Below, piece after piece: positions 23,858 through 36,640 of a DNA stretch of 64,000 nt (positions within the stretch are counted from its first letter, which is position 1; every line of letters starts with the position of its first letter). The DNA is from Eledone cirrhosa (lineage: Eukaryota). The notes below the pieces were generated by a model. That model was given only the letters and a program-made list of their open reading frames with translations. It did not search any database and had not been told where the DNA came from. Both the position numbers and the translations under genes were made by a program. Location of the stretch: positions 238,638,001 to 238,702,000 of the forward strand of contig OZ024741.1 in the NCBI GenBank assembly GCA_964016885.1. The letters run 5' to 3'.

Positions 23858-25768
23858 TTTATTAAAATAACAGATTAAAGTTTAAGCAAAGAATTTCTGC
23901 TTTCACTCTTAACGGGATCTTCTGAAACTAAAAAAAATCAATCTGTGAATGCAGAAGTAAATATTTCGAAAAACGTTGCAACCGAAGGAAATCATGAGGA
24001 TGATACTTTGGTTCGTGAAGACGTTCCCAGGCAATGAACAGAAAAAAGCCAACATAATACGTTGTTATGTGGAGCGATGAGAACAAATACACGCAAAGAC
24101 AAAACCATGTTTATGGTATAAATGGAGTCATAGACTAATATTCTATTTAGGAAACTGAATGATTCGCGGCTTTGGAGTTAAGAATAATGTAAATAAATTA
24201 GTAGAACGAAAGTGACAGAGGTTATTAAAATCATAAAAGTAATAATAATTAAGTATAAACATACACACATCTATATACGTACATACACGAAAACACCCGC
24301 CATGCATGCATATACATGCACGTACACTAAACACGCGCACACATACATAAATCCACGCGACACATGTACCTGCGCACATACGAATGTGTACACCAAATAC
24401 ACATAAAAATAATATATATACACATAAATACGTATATAACGCACACACACATATACCTACAGGAAAATACACATATGTTCACCAAACGTACATATACCAA
24501 AACTCAATGTACACACCTTAGATACATGCAAACACGCATACACGTATACACATACAAACATTAAATACACATATCCACATAACCATATACACATATACCG
24601 GTATATATAATATATACACCTATAACAAATACAAGCATATATACGTACGAGAAAGTATGCGTACCTCCACAAAACATACGGGTAAGGTATACTTACCTAT
24701 ACAAATAAGTAACAGGTTGAGGCTAACCTCTCGGTCATAAACTACCTCGATGTTACCCTCAATTTGTCGAATGGCTTACACTACCCATATAGAAAGCCGA
24801 ATGATACACTTAATTACACCAGTAAGCATTCTAACCATCCTGCCAGCAGAACCAAGAACCTGGTAAGAAACGTTTCTTTGAGGCTTTCCCATCTATCTAC
24901 AAACGAACATATTTTCACCAGCCATTCCACATATTACAATGAAGCTCTTGCTCGGAGTGGATTTGTCGATAAGGTAGCATATACTAAGTATGAGCATAAA
25001 TCTAGGAAAAATAGATCCCCACACATTATATGGTATAACCCACCATATAATATGGAGATGGCCACACCATTAGCTAAGATCTTTCTCTCCCTTATTAAGA
25101 AGCATTTCCCCTCAGCACATAAATATAATACATTTTTTAATAGAAATACCATTAAAATATCTTACTCTAAGACTCCTAACTTTGCACATAGCATCATTGC
25201 TTCAAATTTAGCTAAATTACCTAGCCGTAGGAACACGTGCAACCCTGTAGCTAGTACTTACTGTAATTGTAGGAATCGGATTAACTGGCCTTTATCTGGG
25301 AAATGCCTCTTCAGTAACAGTCTTTAAATGTAAGGTCGAAACACCCACGTCTAGTAGGGCCTACATAGGGTTAACTGCCAACAGATTCAAGCAGCGTCTT
25401 TACATGCACACCCATTCTTTTCTTAACCTTTTAAGAAGGAATATGACGACACTTTCAGCTTATATCTGGAGTCTAAAAGACAACCACACCCAATATAGGT
25501 TACACTGGGCGATCCTAGCTAAAGCTAGATCGTATAACGGAAATAAAAGACCATGCGATCTTTGCGCCGCTGAAGCCCTGGAAATACTCTACGCCAATGA
25601 TCACATCTTTCAGAAGATCCCATTATGGGTAAAAGCAGCGATTCTTTGCTTAAACTTTAATCTGTTATTTTAATAAATATTTGCTCTAGGGTTCTTATAT
25701 ATTTGATATATATTTATCCTTATCGAGCCCTCTTTGGAGTTTAGTCTTCACATTTATTATTATTACTA
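23858..25768 (+). mobile_element. Penelope-like element (Naiad-like), 5'-truncated with inverted pseudo-LTR
   Basis: 24712-25605 encodes the RT thumb (YLDVTLNL, PYRKPND, SNHP, IIWYNPPY, FNRNTIKISYS), a CNC linker and GIY-YIG (YIGLT..RFKQRLYMH). From 23858 there is an inverted copy of the 3' terminal repeat. Confidence 0.85.
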
Positions 25769-25803
25769 TATATATATGTATATATATATGTCTATATATA
25801 TGT

Positions 25804-25848
<45 letters not shown>

Positions 25849-25850
<2 letters not shown>

Positions 25851-26220
25851 TCAATGATATTAAATAAATGGAAACTATATTTATAAAACCATATTTATTT
25901 TATTATATATATTTCAAGGGTACCAAGACAACATTCATCAGATAAAATGTAAACTTTGTTTTATAAATAGAGACATACCCATGAAAATCATACCTTATCA
26001 GTTGGAAATTCACTGGATAGGGAATTTCCAACTATAGACTATCCAGTGAATTTCCAACCGATAAGGTATGATTTTCATGGGTATGTCTCTATTTATAAAA
26101 CAAACTTTATATTTTATCTGATGAAAGCGTACCAATGTTGTCTTGGCACCCTTGAAATATATATAATAAAATAAATATGGTTTTATAAATATAGTTTCCA
26201 TTTATTTAATATCATTGAAT
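25849..26220 (+). mobile_element. Fold-back non-coding PLE-like element
   Basis: Near-perfect ~170-bp inverted arms (25849-26020 / 26039-26220). Confidence 0.75.
26112..26171 (+). ncRNA. Type I hammerhead ribozyme motif
   Basis: Stem I ttttat/ataaaa, CTGATGA (26118-26124), stem II aagcgtacca..tggcaccctt, GAAA (26154-26157), palindromic TATATA stem III, UA cleavage site. Confidence 0.65.
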
Positions 26221-26448
26221 ATTTACTCCAGTAACTTGTTGAGTGCTCTAAATCAGTTATAAACATTTATATTTGTCGGACTTCCAACAAATTAAATACC
26301 CCTTCCACTTATATATATATATATATATATATATTTATGTATGTGTGTGTGTGTGAAACCTTTAACATTATTGATAATATCAATATATATGGTTATAATA
26401 CTACCATGTATAATATATATGCTTAGAACAGTACAGAAATATTGAAAA

Positions 26449-26485
<37 letters not shown>

Positions 26486-27589
26486 TATTTATGAGAATTG
26501 ACAAAAGTATTATTAAAAAATATATATATTTCATGCACAAATATTCAATATATTGAAAATAAACAAGTAAATCTCTGTACATAGTTATATGATTGCATGT
26601 CAAAATATACTCAATATACTTTTCTATATTCTGCTTCTAAACTGAGATTATGTGCATGGCTTGATGAAAAATACCCACAGGGAATACCTAGTTAATGGAA
26701 TGCCAACATTGCTGTATGGTAGAATACTTCAGGGTATTGAAAGGCTAAGCTGTGAAACAGAGATTAACCACATTAATGGATATATATCTGTGTGTGTAGC
26801 TTTGTATGTATGTATATGCATTCAGGTATATGTATATATATGCATGTATATATATGTTTGTATGTATGTATAATATATGTATATGTATGTTTATTTATAT
26901 GTATATGTATGTTTACATACATATATATATGCAATAATAGAGAATGATAGCTTAAATATAAAGGAAATTCTGTGTGTAGACATTTTCATGAAGATATTAA
27001 GATTTATAAAGAAAATAATATTTCTTTGGAACTTAAAGGAATTTTAGAAACTATCTAATGGAAGGAAGGAAGACAATTTCAAAGATATTTCTGTTGTATC
27101 ATGTTTCTAACACAGGATGTCTTCCTATTTTGTAATATGTTGTTTAGAGAGGCTAGATTTATGTGTGTGAGAGATAAAATATATGTTTACAATAAATGTC
27201 AGTTAGAAAGTGTCAATTTAGGTAGACAACAATTCCCATTTATTGTCATATTTGCTTTGTCTTTGCTCCAAGTCCCCATGTATATATTGGGAACATCCTT
27301 TACTTAGAGATATTTGTTTCTTAACATAATTTTCACTTTTAGCTTCTGTTTATTGTTTCTATTAAAGCAGGTTTTTGGACATGATAACGATTTTGTTTGT
27401 GTGTATTATCATATGTATAAACACACACACACATATATATATATACTAATATTTTTAACACTCCATAAAAAACTAAACACTCAAAAAGATATACTCCTCT
27501 CACTTATTGATATTTAGAAAACATATTTGATTTAACAGGTTTCAATTTTAAAAAAATCAATCTTTGCCAACATATAACACACACATGCA

Positions 27590-27618
<29 letters not shown>

Positions 27619-27620
<2 letters not shown>

Positions 27621-28326
27621 GTAATCTGAGTTTTTCGAATATTAATAATAATATTCGATTTGTTTGCAATTATGCAAACAGCCTCATTTTTAAAGCCATG
27701 TCAGTAGAATGAGCCCCTCATTCTTGCTCTTGTGTTGGCATGTAAACAGAACTTCGCAATTATGCAAACAGCCTCATTTTTAAAGCCGTATCAGTAGAAT
27801 GAGCCCCTCATTCTACTGACATGGCTTTAAAAATGAGGCTGTCTGCATAATTGCAAACAAATCGAATATTATTATTAATATTCAAAAATCTCAGATTACA
27901 TTTATTGTATTCAGCCATGTAGAGCGATAAATTTTTATTTATTTATTTGAATATGGCAAAGCCAGCCATTCCTTGTTCGTATACAGGAAACTGACTAGCC
28001 TGTCTGCTGATATGCAAATCTGACTGATCAGTGGATCTGCTAATATACAAATCAGGCTGATCAGTCATTTTATATTTTAGAAAATATCATATATTTTCAC
28101 TAGGTCTGACAGTGAACTGTACTGATGAAGGGTGATACCCAGAAACATTAGTGTCAAATGCAGTTCTGTTTACATACCAACACAAGAGCAAGAATGTCAT
28201 TCTACTGACATGGCTTTAAAAATGAGGCTGTTTGCATAATTGCGAACAAATCAAATATTATTATTATTAATATTCGAAAAACTTAGATTACATTTATTGT
28301 ATTCAGCCATGTAGAGTGATAAATTT
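27619..28326 (+). mobile_element. Non-coding partial-tandem element with inverted 5' end (retrozyme / non-autonomous PLE-like)
   Basis: Direct repeat 27808-27935 ~ 28197-28326 (period 389 bp); 27619-27800 is made of inverted pieces of the unit; contains an HHR. Confidence 0.75.
28114..28166 (+). ncRNA. Type I hammerhead ribozyme
   Basis: Stem I gaactgta/tgcagttc, CTGATGA (28122-28128), stem II gggt-gat-accc, GAAA, stem III acat-ta-gtgt, GUC cleavage after 28155. Confidence 0.75.
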
Positions 28327-28766
28327 ATATATATATACACACACACACACTATGTGTGTGTTCACATAATTATATGTAATATTTCCCTTTTTTAAAAAAG
28401 ACATTTCATACATTGAGTGGGTTAATAGGAACTAGATTTTCTTTTTAAACATGTTTGAAAATATATACTCAAATTATAATGAATATGTTTGCAAGAATAC
28501 AAATGTATTAAAAATTCTTTAATGAAAAATCCCAAACACGTTTAGGAATATTTATTATTACTTCAAACTCTTCCTTCCAATTTCAGCTTCTGTTCTTATA
28601 ATCATGCATATACACCGATATATTTCTGTGTGTGAAGAAAACTGGATATTTAGGAAATCTAAAGATTATGATATCATCAATTGAAAGTTTTTAAGATTTG
28701 CTCCCTTCTGGACCCTCTTTGAGGTCTCAGGATATACAACCATTGTGCATCCATCCCACATGTAAA

Positions 28767-29003
28767 TTAACACTGATAAGTGATATAATAGGGTTTATTC
28801 CAAGCATTAACATATGTTTAATCGCCTAATAAAGCAATTAATTATGTCTTGAAATCGCTATCATCAATAGTTGTCTGGTTATTGTGAAATCCGATTTTAA
28901 ATACACAAAATAATACAGTCACTAAGTGATTCATTAAAATACTGCTAATTAACATATGTTAATGCTTGGAATAAAACCCTATTATATTGCTTATCTGTGC
29001 TAA
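28767..29003. repeat. Inverted repeat (~55-bp arms), probable PLE-like end
   Basis: atataatagggtttattccaagcattaacatatgtt / aacatatgttaatgcttggaataaaaccctattatat. Confidence 0.6.
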
Positions 29004-29344
29004 TCATCCTTTTATTAATACTCCAAGAACTACTAATCACAGAACTTTCAGGAATCTACCCTCCTAAGTAAGCATCTTGTTGAATCAACTATCCCTGTAT
29101 GCTAAAATATTCCTCGGTATAGATTACTCATAACCTGAGCTTAGGTAACCTTAAAAGATATCTCGTTTATTTGATCACGTATATATATCGAATTTGGTTG
29201 GTGTAAACTGTACTTACAATTGATTGTCACGACACACTGCAGATAGCGGATTTTAGTTTTGTCTTAAACTTGTTAACTTAAATATATATATCTCTATCTG
29301 TGTGTGTGTGCCTGTATGTTTATGTATGTATGTATATATATATA

Positions 29345-29930
29345 ACATGTATCCCAGTACAACCTGTCTCATGGTTGGGTCGTTGGTGACTAAACTGGCA
29401 ACCCCACCAAGGTTTCTTGGTGAGGAGGGTGACTTTGGACATCCTGCAGGACTAAAAACAAAACCTGCCAAAGGGCAAAGGAGCTCTTAAGAGTCAAAGG
29501 CCATCCAAAATCACCGGGAGAGATGACCCCTTAGCCTTTGTCAAGGCAGAATTCTAGGAGAAGGAAAACTCTGATATAACACCTGCAACCCTGATGGTAT
29601 CCAATGATGTTGACTTGTTCTTCTTTTTGGTAAATATCATCTTGGTTAAGAGAGTGGGACTGGCTTTGTGCAGTGCCTTTGCTCACTATAAAAGCTTCAC
29701 GGCACAGGCATTGCTTTATATCTGGAGATCTCTCTGCACTTGTCGTCACATGGTACCATGGGCCCAGCACTATGTGTCAATAATTGTCACAAGTGTAGTG
29801 TTTGACCCAGAGTTTTCAAGTCGCTGGCTGGACTAAAAAGTCACACTTGTTCAGCGCATCGGTAGGGTTTCTGCTACATGGATATAAAGTAGTGGCCGTA
29901 CTTGAAAACGAGTTGGCAGCCACCATCATA
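29345..29930 (+). mobile_element. Non-autonomous RTE (BovB-like) derivative: 5' UTR fused to 3' end
   Basis: ctaggagaaggaaaactctga, typical of RTE 5' UTRs, joined to a C-terminal zinc-finger remnant and the end gcagccaccatcatata. Confidence 0.55.
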
Positions 29931-29947
29931 TATATATGTATGTATGT

Positions 29948-31690
29948 CATCATCATCATCATCATTTAACGTCCATCTTCCACGCTTGCATGGGTTTGGA
30001 CGGGAGTTTTCCCACTTGAGGCAAGAGTGGTTGTCTTGCTTGCATAGGACTGTCTGGCGGGTTTTCTACGGCTGGATGCCCTTCCTAACACCAACCACAT
30101 TTACAGTGTGGACTGGGAGGTTTTTATCGTGTTACCTATACGGCCACATTATAGCATGGACTGTCTGTTTTTTTGTCGTGACACCTACACAACCTCATTT
30201 GTTTCGGTCTGGATATTGTGGTACCAACATAACTTTACATTGAAAGGGGTGGTGTGGATGGAGTGGGGGTAGTGGGACGGGGTGTATTTTTGTTAGAGGT
30301 GCCTACTGACTGTAGTAGGTTTTGCTTTGTACTTAGGCAAGGTGGGTCTTCTGTATTACTGTGTAGCGCCAAAGATCTCGGTCCAGTGACATTGTATTGG
30401 AGAGGTGTAAGTGTGTGAGGTCGGAATTTATCAAGTCGTCCCAGGTTTTTCTGGGTCTGCCTACTCCGTGGCTACCGTCTATTTTTATCGCCCTGCACTT
30501 TCTTATACAGCTGTCATCTTTCATGCGCATCACGTGACCGTACCAATGTAGTCTTCTCTCGAGTAAACAACATCTGATCCCTCTTATTCCTAATTTCTCC
30601 CTTAGTTCGTTTATGCTTTGCCGTTCATGCATATTACTATTACACATCCAGCGGAGCATGCAAGCTTCGTTCCTCTCCAGTCTGTGTATATCCTCTGCAC
30701 ACAATGCCCAAGTCTCACTGCCATGTAACATTGCAGGCATCATACAGCCTGACTTTCATTTTTAGAGAGAACCCTTTAGCGGCCAATAGTGGTATAAGCT
30801 CTCTGAACTTTTTCCATTCCGTTCTGACTCTAGCTACTGTACTTTCAGAGCACCCTCCACCACTGCTGATTTTGTCACCCAGGTAACAGAAGGTGTCCAC
30901 TATTTCTATAGAACCATCTGTGCAATGGAATGAGCTAGTATTCTGTGGGCACTTGCTGCTACTTATTGCACCAGAGCACCGGCCACATATAAAATCTATA
31001 TTCTTAGTTAGCTTACCTGTGATCCCACTACATTTTTATGCACCCATACTTTGCATTTGGGACATAAAATGGAGTTTCTGCCTATTCCTTTCCTACACAC
31101 TGAGCATGGCCATTTCCCAGATGGGACCAGTGCCCTATTTTCCTTCCTACAAACTAGAACTTTAGTCTTAGACAGGTTAATTTTAAGGCCTTTTGATTGT
31201 AGGCCATGCTTCCATGTTTGGAATTTCTTCTCTAGTTCAGCCATTGATTCAGCTATGAACGTTAGATCATCTGCGTATAGGAGTTCCCATGGGCAGCCAG
31301 TCTTGAACTCCTCTGTTATAGCCTGAAAGGCAATAATAAATAGTATGGGGCTAAGAACGGAGCCCTGATGAACACCAACTTTTACGCTAAACTCTTCACT
31401 ATATTCGTTGTTAATTCTAACCTTGCTGACGGTTTCTTTATACATGGCTTGTATAGCTCTCACAAGCCATTCATCAACACCTAGTTTTTTAAGAGCCCAC
31501 CAGATAATGGAGCGGGGAACTCTGTCAAAGGCTTTCTCTAAGTCAACAAAAGCTAAGTATAGGGGTTTACTTTTAGCTAGGTACTTCTCCTGTAGTTATC
31601 GTACAATGGTACTTTTACCTGACACAAACCCGAACTGCATTTCATCTAGATCAATTCGCTCTCTGATTAGTTGCGCTATTACTTTTTCTA
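29948..31690 (-). mobile_element. 5'-truncated, frameshifted RTE LINE
   Basis: Minus ORFs with GVHQGSVLSP, YADD, PHD-type finger and RTE C-terminus; (CAT)n tail on plus strand. Confidence 0.92.
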
Positions 31691-31710
31691 TGTATATATA
31701 TATATGTAAA

Positions 31711-32075
31711 ACAATTATAAATGTAAAGAGAAAATAGACAAAGTATACCTAATTTTTTCTTAAAAGTCCCGACCATACAGTTATACTACATGATAATTCT
31801 CACTCCCTAAAAGTTTTCACTGGTAGTGGTCAGTTTAAGAATTCGTCCTTTCATTAAGGAGTCTCTTGAAAAGCCTCACAGCTCTGGTACACTTTAGTTG
31901 CACTCTGACAGCATACCACTTGGCAAAACTGTACAGTCAGGACTTTGAAGAAAACGTAAGTATATTTTATCTATTTTCTTTTCACCTTTATAATTGTTAT
32001 ATAGCTCTGATTAATTGATTATTTATTCAACTCTCTGAGTCATTGAACAAAACTGTTAAAGGAGGGACACCACAT
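31711..32075 (+). mobile_element. Old fold-back element (PLE-like)
   Basis: Diverged inverted arms 31711-31790 / 31920-31998. Confidence 0.5.
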
Positions 32076-32127
32076 ATATATGTGTTTATACTTATGTACC
32101 TATATGTATGGATATCTTATGTATATG

Positions 32128-32158
<31 letters not shown>

Positions 32159-32299
32159 GTGTATATATATATGTATGTATAAACCTATATGTATGTGTAT
32201 ATATATGTTTATATATATATATGTATATATCTATGTATGTATATATATATCCTTCTTCTTCCAGTTATTCCTGAGTGGGTGTATATATATATATATATA

Positions 32300-32686
32300 T
32301 GGTGGCTGCCAACTCGTTTTCGAGTACGGCCACTACTTTATATCCATGTAGGAGAACCCCTACCGATACGCTGAACGAGTGTGACTTTTTAGTCCAGCCA
32401 GCGACTTGAAAACTGTGGTACAAACACTACACTTGTGACAATTATTGACACATAGTGCTGGGCCCATGGTACCATGTGACGACAAGTGCAGAGAGTCTCC
32501 AGATATAAAGCAATGCCTGTGCCGTGAAGCTTTTATAGTGAGCAAAGGCACTGCACAAAGCCAGTCCCACTCTCTTAACCAAGATAATATTTACCACAAA
32601 GAAGAACAAGTCAACATCATTGGATACCATCAGGGTTGCAGGTGTTATATCAGAGTTTTCCTTCTCCTAGAATTCTGCCTTGACAA
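32300..32686 (-). mobile_element. Inverted second copy of the 29345-29930 RTE derivative (5'-truncated)
   Basis: Near-identical reverse complement of 29537-29927; frame CHKCSVCTTVFKSLAGLKSHTRSAY is C2H2-like. Confidence 0.75.
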
Positions 32687-33057
32687 ATATATAATATATA
32701 TATATTTGTTTTGCAAGGTTTTTGATATGAAATCGTGTGTCGAAACAAATATTGGTCATATTGTTGTAAGGATATTGCCAGAAATAATAACAGAACACAC
32801 TCACTGTTTGGTTGGTTTTCGCTTCTGTATCAATATTTATTATTAGTACAGATTAAACTTTTAATCTGTACTATTAATATGTGTGTGTGCATGCGCGTGT
32901 GCATGCGCACGTGTGTGTGTGTATGTATATGTATCATCCACTTTCCATGGTTTTTAATGTAACATTTGAGTTTTGCTCATCATATGAATGTTAATTTTGG
33001 GTGTATGTATTAGCCATTGTGTGTATCAGTAGGTAAATAGATAAAATGTATCAATAT

Positions 33058-36000
33058 ATCATCATCATCATCATCATCATCGTTTAACGTCCATCTTCCA
33101 CGCTAGCATGGGTTAGACAGTTTTGTTCCAATCGATGTGAGAATGGTTGGGAGACTGTGTCTTGCTCGCACAGAAGCGTCTCTGGCAGATTTTTTTTACA
33201 GCTGGTTGCCCTTCCTAACACCAACCACATTTACAGTGTGGACTGGGAGCATTTTCACCATGTTTCCTACATGGCCACCTTACAGTGTGGACTGTTGTGT
33301 CATCCACACAGTGGACAGAACAGGAGAGGGAGGATGGGGTAGGGTGAGGGTGGGGTGACATTGAGTTAAGAGGTCTCTACTGACTGTAGGTTTGTATGCA
33401 ATGGCAGTCGGGTCTTCTGTACAACTGCATGGTGCCAAAGGTCTCGATCAAGTGTCATTGTCTTAGAGAGGTGTAGGTTGGCAAGGTCAGTTTTTATCAC
33501 CTCATCCCAGGTTTTTCTTGGTCTACCCACTCCACAGCTTCCATCAGCTTTCATTGCCCTACACCTTTTTATAGAGCTGTCATCCTTCATACGCATCACA
33601 TATCCATACCAATACAATCTCCTCTCCAGAACACAACATTTGATACCTCTTATGCTTAGTCTCTCTCTTAAGTCATTTATGCTTCACCTTTCGTGCACAT
33701 TACTATTACACATCCATCGGAGCATGCAAGCTTCATTTCTTTCTAATCTATGCAGGTCTTTAGCACACAAGGTCCAAGTCTCACTACCGTGTAATATCAC
33801 CGTTCATATACATGCATCATACAATCTGCCTTTCATGTTTAGAGAAAAACCCCATGTGGCCAACAATCGTATTAGCTCTCTGAACTTTTTCCATCCCGCT
33901 CTAACTCTTGCTACTACACTTTCAGAGCACCTTCACCCAGGTAATGGAGAGTGTCTACTATTTCTATAGAATCATCTGGGCAGTTGAAGGAGATAGCATC
34001 CAGTGGGTCCTTGCTACTTACTGCACCTGAGCATCGGCCACATATAAAATCTACATTCTTAGATAGCTTATTTCTGATCCAACTACATCTTTTATGTGCC
34101 CATAGTTTGCATTTGGGACATAGAATGGAGTTTCTGCCTACTCCTTTCTTACACACTGAGCAAGGCCATTTCCCAGAGGGTACATGTACCCTATTCTCCT
34201 TTCTACATACTAGAACTTTAGTCTTAGACAAATTGACTCTAAGGCCTTTTGATTCAAGGCCATGCTTCCATATTTGGAACTTCCTCTCTAGTTCAACCAT
34301 GGATTCAGCAAGAGTTAGATCATCTGCATATAGAAGTTCCCATGGGCAGCCAGTCTTAAACCCCTCTGCTATTGCCTGTAGGACAATAATAAACAGGAGG
34401 GGGCTAAGAACGGTGAAACCCTACTATTACGCTAAATTCATCACTATATTCATTGTTAATTCTAACCTTGCTGACTGTATCTTTATACATGGCTTGTATA
34501 GCTTTCACAAGCCATTCTTTCACTCCTAGTTTTCTAAGAGCCCACCAGATTAAGGTGCATGGGACTCTGTCAAAGGCCTTCTCTGGGTCTAGAAAAGCTA
34601 AGTATAGGGGTTTACTTTTAGCTAGGTACTTCTCCTGTAATTGCTGTACAAGGAAAAGAGCATCCGTGGTACTTTTACCTGGCACAAACCCAAACTGCAT
34701 TTCATCTAGATCAATTTGGTCTCTAATCAGTTGAGCAATAACTCTTTCTGTGACTTTCATGATTTGGTCAACTAATTTAATACCCCTATAGTTTCCTCTA
34801 TCGAGGGCATCTCCTTTGCCCTTGTAACAGTTGATGATGCTGCTGCTACGCTAGTCATTTGGTATGACCCCATTCTGTATTACTTGGTTTACTATCCGGG
34901 TGACCATAGTATGTCCCACCAGACACCTTCAACATTTCAGTAACTATCTCCGAAGGCCCAGCTGCCTTGCCTGTCTTCATATTTTTGATTGCCTTACTTA
35001 CTACACTCCCATCAACTTGCACAGCTGGTCCTTCTAGTGGATCGATGAGGGGCAGACTATCTTTATTCCATTCATTCTCCACATTCAGTAGTCTCTCATA
35101 GTGACACTTCCAAGTTACCTTCTTATCATTATCAGTGAGGGTAAGTACACCATCGTCATTACGGACACACATCTCCCCAACAATATCACAGTTCTCTTTG
35201 ACACATTGCCTTGTAATCCTGAATACCTCATGTCTTTGGTCCTCCCATTGTAGAGTAGGCTTGAACTTACTATCCTCTGCTTCCCTCTTTGCAAGGTATA
35301 TTTGTTGTCTAGCTTCTCTCTTAGCTACTCGATAGAGTTCTCTACTATCCCCATCCTCCCATTCTTTCCATGCCTGGTTTTTGCCCTTGATGGACTCCTC
35401 CACCTTACTGTTCTACCACCATGTCTCCTCCTGCCTAAAGGTCTGCCCCAGCCACAGATTTCATCAGTCACCTTCAACAGATTAATTTTCAGGAATTCCC
35501 ACTGTTCCTCTATATTGTATGTCTCTAATTGCTCTTCCTTACTATCAAAAGCATCAAGTAATATGCCTTTGAATTTGTTACTGGTTGCGGGGTTCTTCAA
35601 CTTCCATAATCTTCTCCTTAAGGTATTCTTCTGCCGGCAATTATGTCTGGCCCTGACTATGAGGTCACTTACTATTAAATTATATTGGGAGGTGCATTCT
35701 TCATGAGGGAGGGACTTAGTGTTCAAAACAGACACTTTGTCTCGTTTCCTAGTAAGGATAAAGTCCTATCTGGTTGATGTGCTCCCCTGATCTATACGTG
35801 ATCAAATCACTGTCACGTCTTTTGAAGTTTGTGTTGCAGACAGTCAGGTCATTTGCATTACAGAATTCCAGGATCCTGAAGACTTCCTTATTTCTAGTAC
35901 CAAACCCATAACCTCCATGGACACAATCATAGCCATCACAATGTTGTCCAACATGACCATTAAGGTTGCCAGCAATAATTATATAGTCACTGTTGGGTAT

Positions 36001-36640
36001 CTGGGAGGTAGTGAGCATTAGAGACTCATAGAACCTGTCTTTAGTAACATCTGGTAATCTGGATTGGGTTTCATAAGCAGAAATAATTGATACAGTTGTC
36101 CTATTTAGTACTAATCTTATTTTAATGATCCTGTCATTCACTCTATCTACGGCAATTACCTTGTCAACCCATTTTTCTGCTAACATAATTCCAACACCAC
36201 CAAGCCTGCTATCAGAACCCATCCAGAAAAGCTTATAGCATTGTTTCTTGCCCACAATGAATCTAGCAGACCCACCCCTCCACCTGGTCTCTTAAACACA
36301 ACAAACATCGACTTCCTTACGTTCAAACATCTCTACAACCTTGTTTGAGCGACCTTTCAATGTGCCTACATTCATGGTACCAATTCTGAAATTTTGGATT
36401 TTGCTGGAATAGGGGCACAGCAACGGGTGTGGGGATGGAATTATGTTGGTCTTGGGCTTTCATATCTGATATGATAGGGGTGTGGGAGACGGAATTATGT
36501 TGGTCTTGGGCTTCCGTATTTGATATGATGAGGAGCGTTTGCATGCTCGTCCTGAAACATGAGGTGAATACATCTTTATCGTTGTGAGTGGTAATATTCC
36601 CCAACTCCGTAATCCATTTATCGTAGCGAACACCTAGGTC
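33058..36640 (-). mobile_element. Near full-length decayed RTE LINE
   Basis: Fragmented APE, RT and PHD-finger ORFs collinear with 10279-13398; (CAT)n tail. Confidence 0.92.

Noticed and set aside
24143-24672. Several short ORFs rich in YI/HT/VC (also 32043-32374, 43680-43964, 46568-47012)
   Set aside because: Products of TA/CA low-complexity sequence.
24764-25330. Selenocysteine recoding, reported for some Naiad PLEs
   Set aside because: No in-frame TGA at the SYSx or CNC-linker cysteine positions in either copy (TGG here, TGT in the 45k copy).
29350-29400. HDV-like ribozyme at the 5' end of the RTE derivative
   Set aside because: ccagt/actgg and a CTAA segment are suggestive, but I could not build consistent P1/P3 pairings by eye.
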